Shown: in pieces, positions 1-10,570 of the stretch
Layout of the letters: every line of letters starts with the position of its first letter
Numbering within the stretch: the stretch's first letter is position 1
Assembly (NCBI RefSeq): GCF_046119375.1
Contig: NW_027362773.1
Span: forward strand, 135,098,001 to 135,162,000
Direction of reading: 5' to 3'
DNA from: Phyllobates terribilis
Taxonomy: Eukaryota
Length of the DNA stretch: 64,000 bases
The notes under the pieces: model-generated
What the model saw: only the letters and a program-made list of their open reading frames with translations
What the model was told of the DNA's origin: nothing
The model's database searches: none
Made by a program: the position numbers and the translations under genes

Positions 1-2922
1 CATCAAGCCCAGGTTAGTAATGGAGAGGCGTCTATAAGACACCCCCATTACTAACCCCATAGTCAAAGTTAAAAAAAACACAAACACCCAGAATAAAGTC
101 CTTTAATTGAAATAAAGACACAATCCTTTATTGTTCTAAATTAAACCATACTTACTGTCACGCCCATTCCAGCTGAAGCCAACGATCTCCTGCAATAAAA
201 GAAAAATAATAAAGCAACCTCATCCTTACCTTTCCATGGTTCCCACGACAGCTTCAGCTCTGCTACATCGAGATGACAGGCTGGACCGCAGCAGAACGCT
301 GCCATCCAGCCTCTCATCCCGCAGACATTGAGAAGCGCAGGCTTGCTTGCGCTGCTCAGCGTCTCTCTGTGACGACATCCAGATGAGCCGAGTTCATGTC
401 CAATGAACTCGGCTCACCTCATGCACGTCACTGACAGCGTGGGAAAATTCTCACGCTGAAGCGGTGAGTGCAGGAGAATTCTCCCACGCTGTCAGTGACG
501 TGCATAAGGTGAGCTCATGTCCAATGAACTCAGCTCACCTCCTGCACTTCACTGACAGCGTGGGAGAATTCTCCTGCACTCAGCGCTTCAGCGTGAGAAT
601 TCTCCCACGCTGAAGCGCTGAGTGCAGGAGAATTTTCCCACGCTGTCAGTGACGTGCATAAGGTGAGCTCATGTCCAATGAACTCAGCTCACCTCCTGCA
701 CGTCACTGACAGCGTGGGAGAATTCTCCTGCACTCAGCGCTTCAGTGTGAGAATTCTCCCACGCTGAAGCGCTGAGTGCAGGAGAATTTTCCCACGCTGT
801 CAGTGACGTGCATGAGGTGAGCCGAGTTCATTGGACATTAACTCGGCTCATCTGGATGCCCTCACAGAGAGACACTGTGGAGCGCAAGCAAGCCTGCTCT
901 TCTCAGTGTCTGCGGGATGAGAGGCTGGATGGCAGCGTTCTGCTGCGGTCCAGCCTGTCATCTCGATGTAGCAGAGCTGAAGCTGTCATGGGAACCATGG
1001 AAAGGTAAGGATGATGTTGCTTTATTATTTTTCTTTTATTTCAGGAGATCGTTGGCTTCAGCTGGAATGGGCGTGATGGTAAGTATGGTTTAATTTAGAA
1101 CAATAAAGAATTGTGTGTTTATTTCAATTAAAGGACTTTTTTCTGGGTGTTGTGTTTTTTTTTAAATACTTTACTAGAAATTCATGGTGGTCATGTCTAA
1201 TATTGGCGTGACCCCATGAATTTCGGGCTTAGGGCCAGCTGATAATGCCAAGCTGGCCCTAACCCCTTTATTACCCAGTGAGCCACCGCACCAGGGCCCT
1301 GGATGAGTTGGGTACAGCGCCAGAAGATGGCGCTTCTATGAACGCGCCATTTTCCGGGGTGGCTGCGGACTGCAATTTGTAGCGGGGGGGGGCCCAGAAA
1401 GCTTGGGCCTCCCTGCGCTGCAGATTCCAGCCCCCAGCTGCCTAGTTGTACCTGGCTGGACACAAAAATAGGGCGAAGCCCCACGTACTTTTTTTTTAAT
1501 TATTTCATGAATTTCATGAAATAATTAAGAAAAAAAGGCCTTCCCTATATTGTTGTGTCCGGCCAGGTACAAATAGGCAGCTGGTGGTTGGGGGCAGCCC
1601 GTTCCTGCCTGCTGTACCTGGCTGGACACAAATATAGTGCGAAGCCCAACTTCAATTTTTTTAAATTATTTCAGGAAATTCATGAAATAATTTAAAAAAA
1701 ATTGACGTGGGGCTTCGCACTATATTTGTGTCCAGCCAGGTACAGCAGGCAGGAACGGGCTGCCCCCAACCACCAGCTGCCTATTTGTACCTGGCCGGAC
1801 ACAACAATATAGGGAAGGCCTTTTTTTCTTAATTATTTCATGAAATTCATGAAATAATTAAAAAAAAAGTACGTGGGGCTTCGCCCTATTTTTGTGTCCA
1901 GCCAGGTACAACTAGGCAGCTGGGGGCTGGAATCTGCAGCGCAGGGAGGCCCAAGCTTTCTGGGCCCCCCCCCCGCTACAAATTGCAGTCCGCAGCCACC
2001 CCGGAAAATGGCGCGTTCATAGAAGCGCCATCTTCTGGCGCTGTACCCAACTCATCCAGGGCCCTGGTGCGGTGGCTCACTGGGTAATAAAGGGGTTAGG
2101 GCCAGCTTGGTATTATCAGCTGGCCCCAAGCCCAAAATTCATGGGGTCACGCCAGTATTAGACATGACCGCCATGAATTTCTAGTAAAGTATTTAAAAAA
2201 AACACAACACCCAGAATAAAGTCCTTTAATTGAAATAAAGACACAATTCTTTATTGTTCTAAATTAAACCATACTTACCATCACACCCATTCCAGCTGAA
2301 GCCAACGATCTCCTGCAATAAAAGAAAAATAATAAACCAACCTCATCCTTACCTTTCCATGGTTCCCACGACAGCTTCAGCTCTGCTACATCGAGATGAC
2401 TGGCTGGACCGCAGCAGAACGCTGCCATCCAGTCTGTCATCCCGCAGACACTGAGAAGCGCAGGCATGCTTGCGCTCCTCACTGTCTCGCTGTGACGGCA
2501 TCCAGATGAGCCGAGTTCATTGGACATGAACTCGGCTCATCTGGATGTCGTCACAGAGAGACGCTGAGCAGCGCAAGCAAGCCTGCGCTTCTCAATGTCT
2601 GCGGGATGAGAGGCTGGATGGCGGCGTTCTGCTGCGGTCCAGCCTGTCATCTCGATGTAGCAGAGCTGAAGCTGTCGTGGGAACCATGGAAAGGTAAGGA
2701 TGAGGTTGCTTTATTATTTTTCTTTTATTGCAGGAGATCGTTGGCTTCAGCTGGAATGGGCGTGATGGTAGGTATGGTTTAATTTAGAACAATAAAGGAT
2801 TGTGTCTTTATTTCAATTAAAGGACTTTATTCTGGGTGTTTGTGTTTTTTTTAACTTTGACTATGGGGTTAGTAATGGGGGTGTCTTATAGACGCCTCTC
2901 CATTACTAACCTGGGCTTGATG
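1..2922. repeat. Nested long inverted repeats (palindrome of palindromes)
   Basis: 1-390 pairs with about 2530-2922. 842-2516 is a near-perfect palindrome centred at about 1678. There are further symmetry centres at about 617 and 2520, and 154-bp hairpin units in tandem at about 385-850. Confidence 0.9.
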
Positions 2923-3374
2923 TCAGCTGGCATTATAAGCTGACATCAACCCCAACCCTATTACCCCCTGCCACCGCACCAGGGCAGCGTGGAAGAGCGA
3001 GGCTAAGTGCCAGAATTGGCGCATCCTATGAATGCGCCATTTCTGGGGCGGCTGACGGCTGGTGTTTCTAGCCTGGGAGGGGGCCAATATTCATGGCTCC
3101 CTTCCTGGGCTATTAATATCAGCCCTCAGCTGTCTGCCTAGCCTTTGCTAGCTATTAAATTAGGGGGGACCCCACGTCATTTTTTTGGGGGGGTCCCCCA
3201 TTTTAATAGCTAGTAAAGGCTATGTATTCAGCTGGGGGCTGATATTAGTAGCCTGGGAAGCTCCGTGGGTATTACCCCCTTCCCAGGCTTCAAACATCTG
3301 CCCCAGCCGTCTGCTTAACCTCCGCTAGAGCCTAAAATTAAGGGGAACCCCACGCCAATTTTTTTAATAATAAA

Positions 3375-3945
3375 TCCTTTATTTTAATACTAAATGACAA
3401 GTACAGTAACCAACACTATCACTGTACTTCATATATATGTGACTGACATGTTTCTATCTATCTAATCTATGTGTGATGCTCTATCTTTCTGTTCTAAATT
3501 GTCGGGTACCGCTGCTGAATTGCCGGCCGGCTTTTTTAAAGAGACAGTGCATGAAAACACTATTATTTTTTTAAATAAATCCTTTACACTAAATGACAAG
3601 TACAGTAAGCAACACTATCACTGTACTTATTATATATGTGACTGACATGTTTCTATCTATCTAATCTATGTGTGAAGCTCTATTCTTTCTGTTCTAAATT
3701 GTCGGGTACAGATGCTGAATTGCCGGCCGGCTTTTTTAAAGAGACGGTGCATGAAAACACTAATATTTTTTTTAATAAATCCTTTACACTAAATGACAAA
3801 TGCAGTAACCAACACTGTCACTGTGCTTCTTATATGTGTGACTGACATGTTTCTATCTATCTAATCTATGTGTGATGCTCTATTCCTTCTTGTCTAAATT
3901 GTCGGGTACCGGTGTATGCCGCTGCTGAATTTGCCGGCCGGCTTT
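3375..3945. repeat. About 200-bp tandem repeat, 3 copies, inside the hAT element
   Basis: TAAATGACAA anchor at 3391, 3590 and 3790. Two copies occur in the related element at about 55600-55960. Confidence 0.85.
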
Positions 3946-4165
3946 TTTAAACAGAGTGTCTTCTGAGCAGTTTGTCAGCTTTTGGACACCTTTGCAGGTG
4001 TTTTCTATGTGTTTCTATGTGTTTTTGTTTGCCTGCCATTGGTTTTAACGGTGTTCGACGGTGTTCTAAGGTGTTCGACGAACAGTTCGACGAACAGTTC
4101 CTCGAACATCCCGGTGTTCGACGAACCGAACCGAACCCGAACATTACGGGGGTGGCTCAACACTA

Positions 4166-4653
4166 GTAGTGAATCTCACAGTTCCAACTTGCCAACCGTG
4201 GGACCGTCAAGTGTTCAGCACTCAAACCGTAACAGAACCACAGTATCTGCTGGTAACATCAATTTTGCGGAATCATTTCACCACTTTTTTAGCCCATCCT
4301 TTGCAAGGCCACAGGAGACAAGAAGTCTGACACATAGTCAACGCCTAGAGACGATGGTACAGGAGTATCTCCAAGTAAACATTGAAGCCACGACTGTGTC
4401 ACTGGACCCTTTCTCTTTTTGGGCTTCCAATCTGGATAAATGGCCGGAGCTAGCCACTTACGCCTTGGAGATCTTGTCATGCCCCGCAGCCAGCGTTCTG
4501 TCTGAACGTGTGTTCAGCGCTGCTGGTGGTGTGCTGACAGATAAGCGCACGCGGCTCTCCACTGATAATGTAGACAGACTCACGTTCATAAAGATGAACA
4601 AATCATGGATCCGAAACGTCTTTTCTACCCCTGTGTCATCCTGGGGAGAGTAA
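4166..4653 (+). pseudogene. hAT transposase C-terminal fragment (hATC dimerisation domain)
   Basis: Translation DPFSFWASNLDKWPELATYALEILSCPAASVLSERVFSAAGGVLTDKRTRLSTDNVDRLTFIKMN matches the hAT dimerisation motif (W...P.L...A...L.CPA.S..SER.FS). The 5' part of ORF 3982-4653 is read-through from MITE DNA. Confidence 0.85.
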
Positions 4654-4976
4654 AAGCTTGATGATTGGTTAAAATCACCCTACCAACTGTTTTAAGCTTT
4701 CAAATTACTAATCATGTTTATCTGTATCTTGACTGGAAAATAATTTGGGCTTTGTAGCAGTGTGCAGCACTGATCCTATTAGGCCATCTATAATAAGCTT
4801 CACCAGATTTAAAATTAAAAATAATTTTTAGCTGCATCTAGCCCGGAAAATAATTTTGGGGCTCCGAGATGCGCAAGACACATAAGTGCCTTCTTGCTGC
4901 ACTACCTGCAGCATGACCCTCATATTGTCAGAATTCGAAGTAATCATGACTACTGGGTTGCCACACTCTTAGATCG

Positions 4977-6352
4977 CCCAAACTTTTCGATCAACCTTTT
5001 CATTTTAATAAAGACCAAAAAAATGGTCATTTTTGAAATTATAAGCATTAGCAGGTTGTTAGAAACTGAAATCAAACAGTTTTCAACTCAAAACTTTATT
5101 CTAGGTGATGTTACATTTTCACATAGGACCCCTTGTTCGAAAGGAGCTTCTGAACTCTCTCGTCCATTGAATTTGTCAGGTTTTGGATGGTTTCTGCTTC
5201 AATTGTTTTGCATGAGGACAGAATACCCTCCCAGAGCTGTTGCTTAGATGTGAACTGCCTCCCGCCATCATAGACACTCCTTTTAATGATGCTCCAAAGG
5301 TTCTGAATGGGGTAGAGGTCAGGGGAGCATGGGGGTCACACCATAAGTTTGTCCCCTTTTATGCCCATATCAGCCAGAGATGCAGATGTTTTATGTGCAG
5401 CATGAGATGGTGCATTATCATGCAGAAAAATGATCTTGCTGTGAAATACACGGTTCTTCTTCTTGAACCATGGCAGGAAGTGCTGTTTGAGAAAATCCAC
5501 ATACATTATGGAGTTCATCTTTAGCGCCTTCAGGGATCCTAAAGGGGCCGACAATCTCTCTCCCCATGATTCCAGCCCAAAACATTACTCCACCTCCTCC
5601 TTGTTGGCGCTGTAGCCGTGTTTGCTTGGGGTGTCCATCAACCAGCCATCCTCCACTCCATTCATCTGGACCATCGAGCGCTGCACGGCACTCATCCGTG
5701 AACAAAACAGTTTTGAAATCAGTCTTCATGTAATGTTTGGCCCACTGGAGCCGTTTCTGCTTGTGTGAAGTGGATAGAGGAGGTCGACAGGATGGCATAT
5801 GCACAGCTGCAAACCTCTGAAGGACCCTGCATCTTGTTGTTCGGGGGACGTTGGAGGCACAAGCAGCTTCAAAAACTTGTCTGCTGCTATGACAAGGCTT
5901 TTTTGCCGCTGCTGTTTCAACCTGACGTAATTGCCTGTAGGAAAGAGTCCTCAATTTGCCCTTATCAGCACGCACACGTGTGTACTGTGAATCAGCTACA
6001 TACTTCTTGATTGCCAAGACACTTCATCCTGATCATCGCACAATGTTGATTGTAGTCATGCCTTGACCTAAACACTCCACAATTTGTTGCTTCTCAGCAG
6101 CCGACACATCCTTTTTCTTTCCCATTTTGGCAGAAGATGTAGGCTGCTTAATAATGTGAGAGAGCCTTCTTAAGTAGTCTTGCCTTTCATTGGACACACC
6201 TGCCAAACTAATTAGCACAGGTGTCTGCAATTGCTTACAGTGATATAAAGAGCCCTGACACACATCACCATCAATGAGTTTAACTGACAAACAAACAAAT
6301 TCTTCCCTTATCACTCCTAAACACTTTTTGCATAATAATTTGGAACGCGGTG
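4977..6352 (-). mobile_element. Tc1 transposon relic, copy 1 (one terminus missing)
   Basis: Frameshifted DD34E transposase pieces (VLFTDECRAALDG, GGGVMFWAGI, IIFLHDNAPSH). The terminus reads TA|CACCGCGTTCCAAATTATTATGC on the minus strand at 6352. Left boundary is approximate. Confidence 0.85.
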
Positions 6353-6424
6353 TACATGTGCTTTTCCACAAAACACCAGTGGTTCACGTAGTGAATCTTA
6401 CAGTTCTAACTTGCCAACCGTGGT

Positions 6425-8123
6425 CTGTATGGAATTGTTCAATAAAGGGCCCAAAATTAAGATAACATAGATGGGAGAGGTCTCTATGAATAGGAATTCC
6501 TAAGTATTTGATACCCTGTGAGGGCCAGGCAAAGGGAAAGTTGGACTGGATGGAATCCTATATGGATTTAGGGAGGGAGACATCGAGGGCCTCAGACTTC
6601 GCTGCATTGATTTTAAAATTTTACCATGTAACAAAGTGATCTATTTCAGCCATAACAGCAGGGATGGATATATGTGATTGAGTGATATATACTAGGACAA
6701 CATCAGCAAATAGAGAGCACTTGTACTCGGTGCCTCCCACCTCAATCCACCTAATATTGGGGTTATGGCGAATTGATGAGAGCAGGTGCTCCGTCACTAG
6801 GATGTATAAGAGAGGGGACAGAGGACATCCCTGCCTTGTCCCATTGGTGATTGTGAAAGGTGATGAAAATGTTCTGACGCACCCCCTGGGCCTTGGGACA
6901 CCCGGAGCCGGACCCTTTTTGGTGGATGCTGGTGGTTGTAGTCTTCGTGGCGGCGATCCGGTTCCGTGGCTCAGGGCGGTCAAACCAGTGGCGGAACTAT
7001 TTATGTGGTTTTGATGTTTAAATGTCCGACTACGCCACCCGTGGATTGCGGTCAGAGTGAACCGCCGCTACAGGGCAGACCGCTAAGACTGGTGTTGTGG
7101 GTGCAGCAGAGCGTAGCATAACTCCCCACGGGAGGAGTATAGCCTCAGGGCAGTGTATGCGGAGGATGGGGGTGATGGTGCAGGGCAGCAGCAGTAACGA
7201 CACGGAGTCAGTGATGCAGTTCAGGGCCTTTACTCACAGTTCTTATTATCCAGACCACGTCTGCAGGTAACGGCTGCCCACGTCGTACTGTGCTCACCAG
7301 GTGAGGGGCTCAGACAACTCCCAGATAACTTTGGAGCGCTTCACAGGACCCCCTTTGTGTGTCCTTTGTCTGGCCTTTCTTACCAACACTTCTGTCCGGC
7401 TGCCTCGGGCCTCCTCTTGGTAAACTTGGCGCCAGTTTCCCTGACCCTATGTGGTGCCTTCCTAGCGGGTGGAGCAAGGGGCTGCGCCACATAAAATGTC
7501 AGAGCCTCCGGTTTCTAGCTGAGGGTCGTTTCCTGCCTCCACTAGTTCGGGGACCGGTCTCCCCCTTTGGCCTGACCCCTCCACGCAGGTGGATTCGGGC
7601 GTGCGGTGGCGACTCGCCCGTCCGCACCCCTGGGATCCCTTCATTCCTCGTTCCTGGAGCCTTCTCCGCTCCTCTTCCTTCCTTCTCCCTCTTGCAGGCC
7701 TGGGCCTCTGTTACTAGGCCCGCCTCCGGAGCAGAGCTCATGCAGAGCCCCTGCTCCCTGCCACTTCTGCTCAGACTTCTCTGCACTGAACTAAGATGGT
7801 GCCCACCTTTTATACTCCCTTCTCAATGCACCCAGGAACTGCTTCCTCCCTGCTCCTGCACTGCAGGGTTCCCCTTCCTCAGTGTTCCCTCCCCCCACTC
7901 CAGCCAGGGACAGGGACTGTCGTGCCCATCTCAGGGGCATATTGGTCGCCCTGCCCCACGGCAATGTGGTGTAATGCATGCAGGTGTCGGGTCCTGATCC
8001 ACACTCCATCCTTATCTGAGAGTGAGATATCACACCTCTGGGTGAGGTGCAATACGTCTGTAGCAACCGAGCCCTCGGTGCTACAGTTCCATTTATCTTC
8101 AGCCTAGGTGACGTATTGTGATA
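6425..8123 (-). mobile_element. LINE-1 ORF2 reverse transcriptase fragment, copy 1 (6425-6874 plus 8086-8123), split by a solo LTR
   Basis: NGTRQGCPLSPLLY...SLFADVVLVY...KYLGI motifs of the L1 RT domain. Confidence 0.85.
6875..8085 (-). mobile_element. Solo LTR related to the LTRs of the 18751-23234 element
   Basis: TG...CA ends. The minus-strand start TGTAGCACCGAGGGCTCGG resembles 18751. 4-bp TSD GTTC at 6871-6874 and 8086-8089. The empty site is visible in the duplicated segment at about 15721-15750. Confidence 0.92.
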
Positions 8124-8344
8124 CAGGGCCGTGATTTTGGCTATAAAAGGGTCCCCTAGACCCCTACCCCAAGCTTTTTAAGAGAATCATATATGGCGTG
8201 CCAGGAGACTCTATGGAATGCTTTCTCAGCATCCAACGAGAGTATCTACTTACAAATTTTTAACTGCATCTAGCCCAGGAAATACTTTGTGCCTAGTAGC
8301 AGTGTCTGCTAGTCAGCGGATTATCCCGGCTGTTAAGCAAGCTA

Positions 8345-8628
8345 CACCACCTGTAGTTTGGACACTTAATTTTTTCAAAGGAAATGCTTCGGGACCACGG
8401 GATACTTAGTGAAGAGCATCAGGAGGCACCCCAAGGCATAGGGGCTGGGACTGGCACTAGGATGCCTTGCGGTGGACAGCCGAGCTCGATCCTTATAAAA
8501 GCTTTTTAACTGCAGCAGCTTTAGTGGACGCTACTGGAGCTGGAATTACGCGGCTGCTGGCATGAGACTTGCCCTCCAATAGATCCTCGTAAATGGATTT
8601 AAAGTGTATTCATTTAAATTAGAGGGAC
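8345..8628 (-). pseudogene. Degraded 18S rRNA gene fragment (530-loop region into V4)
   Basis: Minus strand reads GAGGATCTATTGGAGGGCAAGTCTCATGCCAGCAGCCGCGTAATTCCAGCTCC...GCTGCAGTTAAAAAGCT...CCCGAAGCATTTCCTTTGAAAAAATTA, collinear with the conserved eukaryotic 18S sequence but with many substitutions. Confidence 0.88.
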
Positions 8629-8925
8629 AATTTAAATTAAAAAGCTTAGAGCTGCCTCCACCACAGGGGGGCTCTCTCGACCCACCAGCGGACAGGCACC
8701 AGTATTGGGAGAGGGGGGCTGGCCGTCAGGGTTCACCGCGGCTCTGGCACAAACCCGGCGACACCGAGGTGGCACGGGCAGGAGCGGACTGGCCGTCTCG
8801 GCTTCTCACTTTTTGGATTTTAGAAGGGCATGACATGCCTATATCTGTGTCTCCCCCTCCTTTTACTCCTCCACCTCTTTTCTTTTCGCATGACTATATG
8901 TACTTGTCACTTTTCCATGTGTTAG

Positions 8926-9128
8926 TTGTGTCTTCTGAGCAGTTTGTCAGCTTTTGGACACCTTTGAAGGTGTTTTCTATGTGTTTCTATGTGTTTTTGT
9001 TTGCCTGCCATTGGTTTTAACGGTGTTCGAAGGTGTTCGACGAACAGTTCGACGAACAGTTCGGCGAACACACGGGTGTTCGACGAACCGAACCGAACTC
9101 GAACACTACGGGGGTGGCTCAACACTAC
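8926..9128. mobile_element. Isolated about 200-bp right terminus of the same hAT MITE family
   Basis: Near-identical to 3957-4165 and 55966-56153; ends GGCTCAACACTA. Confidence 0.85.
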
Positions 9129-10570
9129 TTATGAACTGTCTCGTCCATTGAATTTGTCCGGTTTTGGATGGTGTCTACTTCAATTGTTTTGCATGAGGAC
9201 AGAATACCCTCCGAGAGCTGTTGCTTAGATGTGAACTGCCTCCCGCCATCATAGACACTCCTTTTGATGATGCTCCAGAGGTTCTCAATGGGGTTGAGGT
9301 CAGGGGAGCATGGGGGTCACAACATAAGTTTGTCCCCTTTTATGCCCATATCAGCCAGAGATGCAGATGTGTTATGTGCAGCATGAGACGGTGCAGTATC
9401 ATGAAAATGATCTTGCTGCGGAATACACGGTTCTTCTTCTTGAACCATGGCAGGAAGTGCTGTTTGAGAAACTCCACATTCATTATGGAGTTCATCTTTA
9501 CCCCTTCAGGGATCCTAAAGGGGCCGACAATCTCTCTCCCCATGATTCCAGCCCAAAACATTACTCCACCTCCTCCTTGTTGGCTCCGTAGCCTTGTTTG
9601 CGTGGGGTGTCCATCAACCAGCCATCCTCCACTCCATCCATCTGGACCATCGAGCGTTGCACGGCACTCATCCGTGAACAAAACAGTTTTGAAGTCAGTC
9701 TTCATGTATTGTTTGGCCCACTAGAGCCGTTTCTGCTTGTGTGCAGTGGATAGAGGAGGTCGACAGGATGGCTTACACACAGCTGCAATCCTCTGAAAGA
9801 CACTGCATCTTGTTGTTCGGGGGACGTTGGAGGCACCAGCAGCTTCAAAAACTTGTCTGCTGCTATGACAAGGCTTTTTTGCCGCTGCTCTTTTAACCTG
9901 ACATAATCGCCTGTAGGAAAGAGTCCTCAATTTTCCCTTATCAGCATACACACGTGTGTGCTGTGAATCAGCTACATACTTCTTGATTGTGCGATCATCA
10001 GGTTGAAGTGTCTTGGCAATGTTGATTGTAGTCATGCCTTGACCTAAACACTCCATAATTTGTTGTTTCTCAGCAGCCAACACATCCCTTTCTTTCCCAT
10101 TTTGGCAGAAAATGTAGGCTGCTTAATAATGTGGGTGTTATGATCTGCTACAAGCACTAAGGAAAGACTGGAGATCTGTCCCTACAATAGAACTAAGCTT
10201 GATCCCTACGATGTAACGGGGAACCTGATCCTGCGATCAGACCCGCTAAAGTCCTCAGCTAGTCTGTACGAAGACCTATAGCTGTGAGGGAGGGATCCCG
10301 TCAAGAACTAGGGATTGGGAGTAAGATGGACACCTCCTAGCGGAAATTGTAGCAGAAAAGGACAAACAAACAACATAGAAAATATAGGTCAAGAGACCTA
10401 GCTAAACTAACGGAGTAAGGTAACAAAGCACCTGGCTAGTTTAAGAGTTGAAATTACAATGAAGTCCAGCAAGGCCAGAAGGACGGAGCAGGATTAAATA
10501 GGCAAAAAAGGTCATGTGACCAGCAAACTAGAAAAAACCTAACAGGATAGTTTTAACAGTACCCCCTCTT

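Larger units (their letters stand above)
1..4165. mobile_element. Non-autonomous hAT-type DNA transposon, right part; left end lies outside the window
   Basis: Ends in GGCTCAACACTA at 4165, the same terminus as the complete TSD-flanked copy at 53768-56153. Internal blocks are shared with that copy. Confidence 0.85.

Noticed and set aside
3982-4165. N-terminal part of the 223-aa ORF
   Set aside because: Read-through across the MITE terminus at 4165; only the downstream part is transposase-derived.
7359-8107. ORFs within solo LTR and full LTR sequences (also 18742-19856 and 21872-23261)
   Set aside because: Low-complexity purine or pyrimidine-skewed LTR DNA with no domain signature.
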